Assembly: GCA_048940645.1 (NCBI GenBank)
Contig: JBHLOI010000023.1
Span: 1-51,087 of the forward strand
Source of the DNA: Promethearchaeota archaeon
GTDB taxonomy: Archaea > Asgardarchaeota > Lokiarchaeia > Sigyniarchaeales > SOKP01
Reading direction: 5' to 3'
DNA length: 51,087 nucleotides
Part shown: positions 39,687 to 48,796 of the stretch, in pieces
Layout: each line of letters opens with the position of its first letter
How positions within the stretch are numbered: position 1 is the stretch's first letter
Translations under genes and position numbers: made by a program
Notes under the pieces: model-generated
What the model saw: only the letters and a program-made list of their open reading frames with translations
Told to the model about the DNA's origin: nothing
The model's database searches: none

Positions 39687-40481
39687 TTAATTTTCTAAAT
39701 AAATTACAGTATCAATAAAAAGTTCATAATTCTCATCCTCATCAAAGTCATGAATTACTGCCTTTTCTACATCATCAGTCCCTTTTACTTCAAGTAATTC
39801 TGATTCATATAGTATTTTAATGTCTGAAAGTTTTAACTTTTTCTTTAGTTCTTCTGATCCAGGTATATTTTTAGCTGAAGTTAATACAATGACTCTTCCT
39901 GTATATTTTGTTAATTCCAGAGCAAGTTCAAGCGATTTATCCCCTGTATCTAAAATTAAAACTCTTTTGTCTTTAAATTTAAATAAATCTTTTACTTCTC
40001 TATAAACTCCTTTTCCAATAAAATCTTCTAAACCAAGAATGACTTTAATATCAGGTACACTACAAGAAGCTGCAACTTCAACTTCAGAAGTAGTACCAAG
40101 TCTATAATTATCGATTGCGGCTTTTAATGCGTCAGAAGCTAAATTAGAGCAATGCATTTTAATTGGTGGTAATCCTTCTAACTCATCAGCAACATCGGTT
40201 CTGGTAATTTTATAAGCATCTTCTACCTTCATACCCTTTGCCATTTCTGTTGTCATTGAAGATGTTGCAACCGCAGAACCACAACCAAAAGTTCTAAATT
40301 TAATATCTTCAATAATTTCATCTCCATCTTCGTTTTTACCAATTTTTAAAAACATTTCCATCAAATCTCCACATACAGGATTGCCTACTTTTCCATACCC
40401 ATCCGGATTTTCGATTACACCTACATTTCTTGGGTTTCTAAAATGATCTAGAACTTTTTCAGAATATTGAGTTGATTTCAA
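39687..40481 (-). CDS. iscU: IscU/NifU-type Fe-S scaffold fused to a degenerate TrxB NADPH-binding domain
   Basis: YS..V.DHF.NPRN, GNPVCGD, FGCGSA, LPPIKMHCS; C-terminal ~120 aa align by eye with the central domain of the window's TrxB. Confidence 0.88.
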   Translation of the reverse strand: MKSTQYSEKVLDHFRNPRNVGVIENPDGYGKVGNPVCGDLMEMFLKIGKNEDGDEIIEDIKFRTFGCGSAVATSSMTTEMAKGMKVEDAYKITRTDVADELEGLPPIKMHCSNLASDALKAAIDNYRLGTTSEVEVAASCSVPDIKVILGLEDFIGKGVYREVKDLFKFKDKRVLILDTGDKSLELALELTKYTGRVIVLTSAKNIPGSEELKKKLKLSDIKILYESELLEVKGTDDVEKAVIHDFDEDENYELFIDTVIYLEN

Positions 40482-40485
40482 TCTT

Positions 40486-41676
40486 TTATTTCACCTCTTT
40501 ATATTGTTTTAATAATTCAGGAGGAGTTAAAGGAGACATTATTCTTAATCTTTTTACTGCTCCAGGTATTACCTCAATTAATTTGTTAATGTCAGTTTCT
40601 TTTGTTGTTCTTCCCAAAGAAACTAAAAGACTACCATGTGCCTCTTCATGTAATAAGCCCATCGCTATTAAGGTATGTGAAGGTTCTAAGGTTTTAGAAG
40701 AACATGCAGAACCAGTAGCAGCAGCAATTCTATGTGCTTTTAACTCCAAAATTAATGATTCTCCTTCAATGTAATCAAATCTAAAATGAGCATTATTGGC
40801 CAGCCGCCTTTCTGGATGACCATTTAAATGGGAATTTGGTATTATTTCAAGCACTTCACTGATTAATTTATCTCTTAATCCTTTAAGATATTCGACTTCT
40901 TTTGGCATTTCATTTTTTGTAATTTCAGTAGCTTTAGCAAATCCAACAATACCTGGTATATTTTCAGAACCTGATCTGAAACCTCTTTCTTGACCTCCTC
41001 CTATAATAATCGGATTAACTCTCACTCCTTTTTTCAAATATAGGGCTCCAACTCCACGCGGCCCATAAATATCGTTCGAGGATAAGGTGAGTAAATCAAC
41101 AGGTATTTTTTGAACATCAATGGGTATTACACTCTCACTCGCAACAGCATCAGTATGTAATAAAATCTTGCGTTCTTGAGCGATTTTACTTATTTCATCA
41201 ATAGGTTGGATTGAACCTACTTCATTACTTGCTGTAGAGATAGAAATTAAAATAGTGTCTTCCTTAATTAACTTTTTTAATTTATCTAATTTTACAACAC
41301 CATAAGTATCAACAGGAACTCTATTTACTGTGAATCCTAATTTTTCTAAATTTTTACTAATATTTAGAATTGAAATATGCTCAATCTCAGAAATAATGAT
41401 ATGATTCCCCTTTCTTTTATAAAAGTTAGCAGCACCTATTAGTGCTAAGTTATTCGATTCTGTTGCACCCGATGTAAAAATAATATCTGATGGATTCGGA
41501 GCATTTATAAAATCTGCTACTTTCTCCCTTGACTTGTCTAAAATGTCAGTGGCTATATCGCCATCAGCATGTAAAGAAGCAGGGTTCGCAAATTTATCTC
41601 TAAAGTATGGCAACATTTCTGAGATAACTCTTTCATCCACAGGCTTAGCTGCTTGGTTATCTAAATATATGCTCAC
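40486..41676 (-). CDS. iscS: IscS-like protein lacking the PLP Schiff-base lysine
   Basis: FTSGATESNN, GGGQE.G.RSG.EN, GSACSS present; SSNDIYGP replaces SxHKxxGP; AGGAGG SD before GTG start. Confidence 0.9.
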   Translation of the reverse strand: MSIYLDNQAAKPVDERVISEMLPYFRDKFANPASLHADGDIATDILDKSREKVADFINAPNPSDIIFTSGATESNNLALIGAANFYKRKGNHIIISEIEHISILNISKNLEKLGFTVNRVPVDTYGVVKLDKLKKLIKEDTILISISTASNEVGSIQPIDEISKIAQERKILLHTDAVASESVIPIDVQKIPVDLLTLSSNDIYGPRGVGALYLKKGVRVNPIIIGGGQERGFRSGSENIPGIVGFAKATEITKNEMPKEVEYLKGLRDKLISEVLEIIPNSHLNGHPERRLANNAHFRFDYIEGESLILELKAHRIAAATGSACSSKTLEPSHTLIAMGLLHEEAHGSLLVSLGRTTKETDINKLIEVIPGAVKRLRIMSPLTPPELLKQYKEVK

Positions 41677-41735
41677 AATTAAAATCCTCCTAAACTTTCA
41701 ATTAATTTAATATAATTTAATAATTTTTATCATAT

Positions 41736-42095
41736 TTAAAACCATTGAGTAGCATCTGCTTCTAGTACTAAATCATTTAAAGTAGCTGCACCTACGATTT
41801 TCGCTCCAGGAATTAAATCAACTTTATCCCAGCCTAGCATCCTTTTTGATGCTTCGCACACTAAGATTTCAACACCCATATCGAGTGATTTATCTATCAT
41901 CTCTTTAACTGTAGGAAACTCCCCAACTTGAATATTTTCTGCTACGCCAGGTTTTAAAATTTTTAAACCCATTCCGAGATAATATACTGTTGCCTTAATA
42001 TCCATTGCTCTAGCTGTTTGTGCTAAAACTAAAGGCGAGTATTGTCTCTCTGGGGCATCAGTTGTTTGAACATACAAAATGTATTTTTCTTCCAT
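41736..42095 (-). CDS. DsrE/DsrF-like sulfur relay protein
   Basis: LA..A.AM...A.VYY...G, GVEILVCEAS, GAKIVGAAT. Confidence 0.85.
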   Translation of the reverse strand: MEEKYILYVQTTDAPERQYSPLVLAQTARAMDIKATVYYLGMGLKILKPGVAENIQVGEFPTVKEMIDKSLDMGVEILVCEASKRMLGWDKVDLIPGAKIVGAATLNDLVLEADATQWF

Positions 42096-42111
42096 TTTTT
42101 TCTACCTTTGA

Positions 42112-42351
42112 TTACTTTTTTCTAAAATAAAATATCAAATCTTCTCCTTCTCTATGAAATTCAACTAATTCAGTATCTGTTCTTTTTGCCCATCTCTTTA
42201 AATCCTCTTCGGCAGCTGGATCATCTGCCAATACTTTGAAGCATACTCCACTCTCCAATGTTTCTGAAAAATTTCTAACTTCAAATAAAGGTTCAGGGCA
42301 ATATAAACCTCTGGTATCTAACTCATAATCATATTTTATTTCTTGTGTCAA
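42112..42351 (-). CDS. tusA: TusA/SirA family sulfur carrier
   Basis: LDTRGLYCPEP, VLADDPAA.ED..RW. Start placed at TTG 42351, 8 nt after an AGGTGA SD. Confidence 0.9.
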   Translation of the reverse strand: MTQEIKYDYELDTRGLYCPEPLFEVRNFSETLESGVCFKVLADDPAAEEDLKRWAKRTDTELVEFHREGEDLIFYFRKK

Positions 42352-42571
42352 ATTATATATCACCTTCAAAATACAGATTAATTACTAAATTCAATATATT
42401 TACAGTTTCTTACACAATTAAATATTCACATTATAATTTAGTAGAAAAGAATAAGTACTATAAACAGAAAGTAATGTATCTACTAAACAACCTTTATAAA
42501 ATATAAATTATGTAAAAATTTGCTCATATACCAATTTAAAACTAAAGAATAAGAAATATCGTTTTTTCTTT

Positions 42572-43207
42572 TTACATTCCAGCCAAATTTTTAATATGCT
42601 TTACACCCTCTACAGCATCATCTGCAAAGTCATCGGCTCCGAGTTTCTTAGCAAGTTCCATATTCAATGGCGCTCCTCCTACTATAAGTTTTACTTTATC
42701 TCGTAATCCAGCAGTTATTAATGACTCATGAACGACTTTTATTTGTTCAACAGTCATAGTTAGAAGTGAACTTAAACCTATTATTGTCGCACCGCTCTCT
42801 TTCACTTTCTCAACAATTTTGTTTTCATCGACATCCATACCTAAATCATATATCTCAAAGCCAGAACTAAGGAGGAGTGAGGCCAGTATATTCTTTCCAA
42901 TATCATGGTTATCACCTTTAACTGTTGCCAATATAATTTTCACTTTCTCCTCTGATTTATCGGTAGCAGCTAAAGCTGGTTGCAGTATTTTAAATGCTTC
43001 TTTCATGGTCTCCCCAGCTAAAACTAATTCAGTTAAATAATACTCTTTTTCCTCATATCTTCTCCCAACTTCATCCATGCCTTTTGTTAATGCATCTAAT
43101 ACATCAAATGGATCCTTATCGTCTACCTCTAAAGCTTCTTTCACAGCATCTGCAATATCGTCTACTTCTAACTCAATAATTAATTCGGTTAATTTCTCAA
43201 AATCCAT
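42572..43207 (-). CDS. corrinoid (B12-binding) protein, methyltransferase-cognate type
   Basis: Cap domain L..GM.EVG..YE..EY, GDNHDIGKN (DxHxxG), GLSSLLT, VGGAP. Confidence 0.92.
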   Translation of the reverse strand: MDFEKLTELIIELEVDDIADAVKEALEVDDKDPFDVLDALTKGMDEVGRRYEEKEYYLTELVLAGETMKEAFKILQPALAATDKSEEKVKIILATVKGDNHDIGKNILASLLLSSGFEIYDLGMDVDENKIVEKVKESGATIIGLSSLLTMTVEQIKVVHESLITAGLRDKVKLIVGGAPLNMELAKKLGADDFADDAVEGVKHIKNLAGM

Positions 43208-43315
43208 AAAAATTATCCCAAATTCTATTGTATTATTATATACCTTAACTATTAAAAATCTTAATACTGTTTAAATTTTAAGAAAAAACTTTATTTATTT
43301 ATTTTATGATCTCTT

Positions 43316-43490
43316 AAAAAAAGGAGAAGAGAGAAGTCGGGAAAAGGAAACCTCCGAGGAGGTTAAGTTTTGGGATAAAACCTAAGACTTAGTTACCATA
43401 TAACCCTTACCACGCGAATCGCATGGGTGTTTAATTAGGAAATTAGGGGATATTATATATTTTTACACTTATCCACGACATCCCTCTAAT
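43316..43490 (-). ncRNA. candidate structured non-coding RNA, family unknown
   Basis: GC-enriched intergenic block with several hairpins, upstream TTTATATA box and downstream pyrimidine/U7 tract; no sizeable ORF. Confidence 0.5.
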
Positions 43491-43640
43491 GATGAAATAT
43501 GAAAAGATGATATATAAATCTTATTTATTATATCCAAATGCATAAATATCGAAATGTATTCAAAAACCTTCAATTAATATTTTTAAATAGCTATGAATTA
43601 TTAGTAAAATAGCTTAAAAATATTAAATTATATAATAGAT

Positions 43641-44393
43641 ATGGAAAAAGATATAATATTCAACAACCATAAACTAGAAGAACCTAATTTTAAACCAGAA
43701 TCAGAAAACGTAAATACTATAATTATCGCCAAAAACCTAATTAAAGACTATGAGATTGGCGATTTTGTAGTTAGAGCTGTGAATAACGTATCTATAAATA
43801 TAGAAGAGAGTGAGTTTATTGTTATTAAAGGACACTCTGGTGCTGGGAAAACTACTCTGTTAAATTTAATTGGAGGTTTAGATTCTCCAAATTCAGGAAC
43901 AATTTACAATAGTCGAGTAAATATTACTGATATGGAGGAGGAAACTTTAGCTACTTTTAGATTAATAAATTCTGGATTTGTATTTCAGAATTATAATCTT
44001 ATTAGCACCTTGACTGCTGAGGAAAATGTAATGTTTCCAATGAATTTAGCGGGTATGACTCTAAAAGAACAAAGAGAACGATCTGTTGAGCTACTAAAAA
44101 GAATTGGTCTAGGAGAAAGAAGGGAGCATCTTCCTTTTCAGCTTTCTGCGGGTGAACAGCAAAGAGTAGCAATAGCACGCGCATTAGCTAATAATCCTCC
44201 TATAATTTTAGCAGATGAGCCAACAGCTAATTTAGATCAAAAGACAAGTTTGTTTATTAGAGATCTTTTTAAAGATTTGAAAAATGAGGGAAAAACAATA
44301 ATTATTGCAACTCATGATGATTATCTAATTGAACTTGCAGATAAAGTCATTACATTTGAAGAAGGAAGTATTATTAAAGTAGATCAGAAATAA
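43641..44393 (+). CDS. ABC transporter ATP-binding protein (LolD/MacB type)
   Basis: GHSGAGKT, GFVFQ.YNL, LSAGEQQRVAIARAL, ADEPTANLD, ATHD. Confidence 0.93.
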   Translation: MEKDIIFNNHKLEEPNFKPESENVNTIIIAKNLIKDYEIGDFVVRAVNNVSINIEESEFIVIKGHSGAGKTTLLNLIGGLDSPNSGTIYNSRVNITDMEEETLATFRLINSGFVFQNYNLISTLTAEENVMFPMNLAGMTLKEQRERSVELLKRIGLGERREHLPFQLSAGEQQRVAIARALANNPPIILADEPTANLDQKTSLFIRDLFKDLKNEGKTIIIATHDDYLIELADKVITFEEGSIIKVDQK

Positions 44394-44417
44394 CCAATTA
44401 CTAAGAGGAATTTTATC

Positions 44418-46331
44418 ATGTCCATTGATTTTGCACTAAAGGATTTCTACAGGAAGAGAGAAATTTCTTTGCCATATTTATTTATGGTTATTTTAGTTAT
44501 AGCAGCTACGACTTTTTTAATTTATTTAACAACATCTACTGGATTAAACAGCTTTATTACTTATGAATTCGAAAATCCATATTTCTTCACTGGTGGTATT
44601 AGTATTATTTACACTAGTTATAGCGTTTTAATTGTAAGTTTAATGATAGGATTAGCATTTATCATTGTAATTATTATTAGCAGTACTTTAATTGTATCTA
44701 AAAAACGAGATATTGCTATAATGAGAGCCTTAGGATCTCTTCCTAGAAAATTATATGGATATTATTTGACTGAAATTTATCTAATCTTTCTAATAGGATT
44801 CATAATCGGGTTTATTATCGGATTAGTCTCTTTTGGAATCTTTGCTTTAATCTCGTCCTCTCTTGGTGCTTCAATATTTTTTAAATTTGATTATTTCTAT
44901 ACTCTAATCTTATTTATTTCATGTCTAGGCGGTATTTTTATCATTCCGGGTTACATTTTAAGAAAATTTGGGAATCAAAAAATCATCAAAAGTTTTTCTA
45001 AAGAGATCCCTTATGATTATGATGCGAGTAAAGGATTAACTTTTATTCCCAAATGGTTATCTAAAATTGGATATAACTTTAAAATGTCTATTGTTAACAC
45101 TTTAAGAAGAAAGGGAGAATTTAAGCGTTATCTTTTTGTGTTTTCATCTATCACACTCATAATTTTCACATTAGCATTAGGTATTCTTGTTTTAGGATCA
45201 TCATCGAGAGAATGGGTATATAAATCTCAAGGTGATAATATTGTTGCAATTGGCCATAAGGATGTAATATCTAATTACACGTTGATGTTTAACATGTTCT
45301 CAAACCCAAATATTATTGTTGATTCAAATAGCATTGATTTTTTAAAACCAGAATATTTATTCAACGCATCAGATATTGAGGAGTTATATAATTTAACAGA
45401 AATTGATCTAATCGACGAAAGACTAATATGTTTTAGCGATGCTGAAGAAATATATGGGACTCATTGTTATGAGGATGGGACTTGTATTAGTGTAGGCCAA
45501 GAAAGAACTGGAAGATTTCCCATAGTAGGTATAAATTCCACGAAATTAATTCATGATTTTGAAATAGAAGGTCGATTTTTTAATGACAGTGATTCACATA
45601 TTTATATGGTCATTGGAGATGGGTTAGCTTATAATTTTTTTGATTATGCACTTGATCAAAGCATGTTATTAGAAGATTTAAACCATTCCTTTCATCCTTG
45701 CGGAGTAGTTATCGATAGTTTTTATTGTGGTTATGCTGGATATATAGATATGGAAATTTTTAGGAATGAATTACATCTAAGTAATGAAAACCTTAATTTA
45801 ATATTGTTAAAATACGAATCTGGTTCTTATATTACGTTAAAATCTAATTTAGAAGCAATTTTAAATAATACTCTTGGGCCTGAGTTTACGTTCATCAATC
45901 TAGATTTAATATTTGATACTAATTTAGCTTACATTACAAATATTTCTCTTTATCCTACATTTTTAATCGTAATTATGGCAGTTATTTCTGTTCTTTCATT
46001 ATATAACTATCATAAAGGAGGTATTATCGAAAAAGCGAAAGATTTCTTAATTATGCGAGCTATTGGTTCAAAGTTCCGCTCATTAAGGAGGATTCTATTC
46101 TTAGAAACTTTATTTGTATTAATACCATCAATAATATTAAGTTTAGGTGTAGGAATGATCTTAAATTCCATTGTTTTATTCGATAGAGTTCATTTACCAC
46201 ATATCTCAATACCTTTTATAATAATAGGTATATTATTGGGTATATTTCTTTTACTTAATTTCTTAGGGCTGCTTCCTGTAATAAAGAAAATAAAAAAGAA
46301 TTTTTCTATTAAAGATTTTGAAATCTATTGA
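44418..46331 (+). CDS. FtsX/MacB-like ABC permease (two FtsX domains)
   Basis: KRDIAIMRALG and KDFLIMRAIG motifs, multiple TMs, large extracytoplasmic loop. Confidence 0.88.
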   Translation: MSIDFALKDFYRKREISLPYLFMVILVIAATTFLIYLTTSTGLNSFITYEFENPYFFTGGISIIYTSYSVLIVSLMIGLAFIIVIIISSTLIVSKKRDIAIMRALGSLPRKLYGYYLTEIYLIFLIGFIIGFIIGLVSFGIFALISSSLGASIFFKFDYFYTLILFISCLGGIFIIPGYILRKFGNQKIIKSFSKEIPYDYDASKGLTFIPKWLSKIGYNFKMSIVNTLRRKGEFKRYLFVFSSITLIIFTLALGILVLGSSSREWVYKSQGDNIVAIGHKDVISNYTLMFNMFSNPNIIVDSNSIDFLKPEYLFNASDIEELYNLTEIDLIDERLICFSDAEEIYGTHCYEDGTCISVGQERTGRFPIVGINSTKLIHDFEIEGRFFNDSDSHIYMVIGDGLAYNFFDYALDQSMLLEDLNHSFHPCGVVIDSFYCGYAGYIDMEIFRNELHLSNENLNLILLKYESGSYITLKSNLEAILNNTLGPEFTFINLDLIFDTNLAYITNISLYPTFLIVIMAVISVLSLYNYHKGGIIEKAKDFLIMRAIGSKFRSLRRILFLETLFVLIPSIILSLGVGMILNSIVLFDRVHLPHISIPFIIIGILLGIFLLLNFLGLLPVIKKIKKNFSIKDFEIY

Positions 46332-46408
46332 ATAAAAAAGATTAAAATATATATTGCAAGATGAAATATATATAGGATTAATTTCTAATTAAACACATTA
46401 AACTAACT

Positions 46409-47728
46409 ATGACAGAAGAAGAAAATTTACTTAAGAAACTTAACGAATTAAAGAAGAATCTTGACATAAAGGATAATGAAATCATAGGATATCTCGATAA
46501 AATTGATAATCTTGAAGAAGAAATAATGAAATTCCATCAACTTATGTCAGAAGAACCCTCTAAAAAGAAAAGTAAGAAAATAAAAGAATCAAAATTACAA
46601 ATTGAATTAGATGCGAAAGATAGGGAGATCAGGCAATTGAAGGATAGGATGGGCTTCTTAAGAAAAGACAAACTTGAAGCCCAGAAAGAACTTGATAATA
46701 TTAAATTACTAGAAAAATCTACTTCTGTTATTCGAGTCGAGGATCTTAGAGAAAAAGCACCCCTCAATAATTTAGTAAAAGAATTACAAGATAAAATAAA
46801 TAAACAGGAATCTTTAATACGAAAGTTAAAAATTCAGAATATTGGAAAAAGTGATTTCAACGAGGTTTTACGAAAAAAAGAGGAAGAAATTGAATCTTTA
46901 ATATTACAAGTGACAGAATTAAATCAAAAACTCGAAAAAAGTGAATCAGTTTTAGAAATAGGAGTCGACGATAGTGCAACAGTAACCAGTACTAACATTT
47001 CCAAAAATCTTTTGGAAGAACTACAAAATAAACTTAACAAGACTAAAAGAGAAAATAATGATTTAAAACAGAAATTAGATTCTTATAAAGATAAAAGTAA
47101 ATTTAAAAATAAAATTAAAGACTTTGAAAATAAAATTGCGGAATTTAAAACTAAACTAGAGGATAAAGAAAAAGAAATTCAGGAATTAAGAGAGCAAAGA
47201 AGCCTAGTAGATGATCCATCACAATCTCCGACACTTAAACAGGTTGTCGAAGAGTTAAAAACTAAGCTAAATAAATCTAAATCTCAAATATCAATACTTC
47301 AAGAGCAATTAAAGGCATTTGGAAATCAAAAAGTGCCTAATGAAGCAGTTCCTCAAAGTAATATTGATAGCAACTTGAAAATTCAGAGAGAAATGGCTAG
47401 CTTTTTACAGCAACAATTAGATGAAGCGAACAATACCTTAAAAACTAAAGATGAGGAAATTACGACAATAAAAAATGAAGCAATTAGGATAAAAAGAAGC
47501 TATGAAGACCTTGAAAACCAAATAAGGTTAAAAGATAAAAAAATTTCAGAATTAATAAATGATATAAATAGATTAAGTATAGCAGCCGAAACTCATTTTC
47601 AGACCCAAGAAGTTGAAAACCCTCAGTTTATGTTGAGAATTAAAGAATTGGAAAGTGTTATTGAAGATTTGACCAAACAGAATATTGAACAAAGGCTAGA
47701 AATTGACCAGCTAAGAAAAAGTATATAA
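46409..47728 (+). CDS. long coiled-coil protein
   Basis: 439 aa, K/E/L/Q-rich heptads throughout, no TM or catalytic motif. Confidence 0.75.
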   Translation: MTEEENLLKKLNELKKNLDIKDNEIIGYLDKIDNLEEEIMKFHQLMSEEPSKKKSKKIKESKLQIELDAKDREIRQLKDRMGFLRKDKLEAQKELDNIKLLEKSTSVIRVEDLREKAPLNNLVKELQDKINKQESLIRKLKIQNIGKSDFNEVLRKKEEEIESLILQVTELNQKLEKSESVLEIGVDDSATVTSTNISKNLLEELQNKLNKTKRENNDLKQKLDSYKDKSKFKNKIKDFENKIAEFKTKLEDKEKEIQELREQRSLVDDPSQSPTLKQVVEELKTKLNKSKSQISILQEQLKAFGNQKVPNEAVPQSNIDSNLKIQREMASFLQQQLDEANNTLKTKDEEITTIKNEAIRIKRSYEDLENQIRLKDKKISELINDINRLSIAAETHFQTQEVENPQFMLRIKELESVIEDLTKQNIEQRLEIDQLRKSI

Positions 47729-47734
47729 TGAAAT

Positions 47735-48715
47735 ATGGAAATAATTATTTTAGGTTCTTCTGCCGCAATCCCCATCAAAGAAAGGAACTTGCCCTCAATT
47801 GCTCTTAAATATAAAAATGAAATGCTCCTATTTGATTGTGGTGAAGATATTCAACGGCGTTTAAATCAAGCAGGGTTAAAATTTAACAAACCTCTAAATA
47901 TTTTAATTTCTCATTTTCATGGGGATCATGTAATAGGACTTCCAGGTCTTTTATTCCGATTTGGTTTAATTGAAAGGACTGCTCCCCTCACCATTTATGG
48001 TCCTAAAAATCTTTACTTATATTTGTATTTGCATAGAAAAATTCTTGGATTGAAAGCAGATTATCCAATTAAGATTATTGAAATTGATCATTTGCAAAAG
48101 AAATTAATTGAATTTATAGGTTTAGACTCAGAAAATCCTTCTAAAGAAATTGAAATTGAAAATAATATTATTTTTGAAAGTAAAAGATATATACTAAAAT
48201 ATACACTTGTCGAACATTCAGTACTAACATTTGCTTATTCATTTATAGAAAAACCTCGTAGTGGGAAATTTAATCCTGAAAGAGCAGAAGAACTAGGAAT
48301 CCCAGCAAGTCACCTTTGGAAGAAATTACAAGAAGGAGAAATAATAGATTTTAAAGGAAAAAAAGTTGACCCATTTAAGGAGAATATTGTCGGTCCTAAA
48401 CGTCCAGGTAGAAAAGTGACTTATTCAGGAGATACTGTTCCTTGTGATTCGTTAATAGATATTGGTAAGGACTCAGATATATTGATACATGAAGCTACCT
48501 TTTCGAAAGAATTAGATCACGTTGCTAAAGAAAAAAAACATTCAACTTCTGTTGATGCCGCAAACATGGCCTTGAGAATGAATGCAAAACAGCTAATATT
48601 AACTCATATCTCTTCAAGATATCAAGAAGATGCTGAAAAATTGTTAAAAGACGCTCAAGAAATTTTTCCTAATACAATATTAGCGCAAGATCTTTTAAAA
48701 ATTGCTCTCAATTAG
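47735..48715 (+). CDS. rnz: ribonuclease Z
   Basis: LFDCGE, SHFHGDH..GLPG, exosite with GP.RPG, YSGDT, HEATF, HST, LTHISSRY. Confidence 0.95.
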   Translation: MEIIILGSSAAIPIKERNLPSIALKYKNEMLLFDCGEDIQRRLNQAGLKFNKPLNILISHFHGDHVIGLPGLLFRFGLIERTAPLTIYGPKNLYLYLYLHRKILGLKADYPIKIIEIDHLQKKLIEFIGLDSENPSKEIEIENNIIFESKRYILKYTLVEHSVLTFAYSFIEKPRSGKFNPERAEELGIPASHLWKKLQEGEIIDFKGKKVDPFKENIVGPKRPGRKVTYSGDTVPCDSLIDIGKDSDILIHEATFSKELDHVAKEKKHSTSVDAANMALRMNAKQLILTHISSRYQEDAEKLLKDAQEIFPNTILAQDLLKIALN

Positions 48716-48796
48716 TTTTATTAAAAATTAAATTAAAGGTTAAATTACCTATTTTAGAGTAAAAATAAAGAGAATTTTTAGAAAAATCAATATATT

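Noticed and set aside
43316-43490. Calling the structured region a cobalamin riboswitch, tRNA or C/D box RNA
   Set aside because: No B12 box or GCCACUG, no cloverleaf, and the only box C-like sequence is at the wrong end. Kept only as an unknown ncRNA candidate.
3908-46767. Many short track ORFs overlapping longer genes on the opposite strand (e.g. 3908, 7746, 9600, 14518, 20988, 26110, 30171, 33855, 35906, 40472, 42819, 46537)
   Set aside because: They lie within well-supported genes and have the F/S/I/L-rich composition of reverse-complemented coding DNA.
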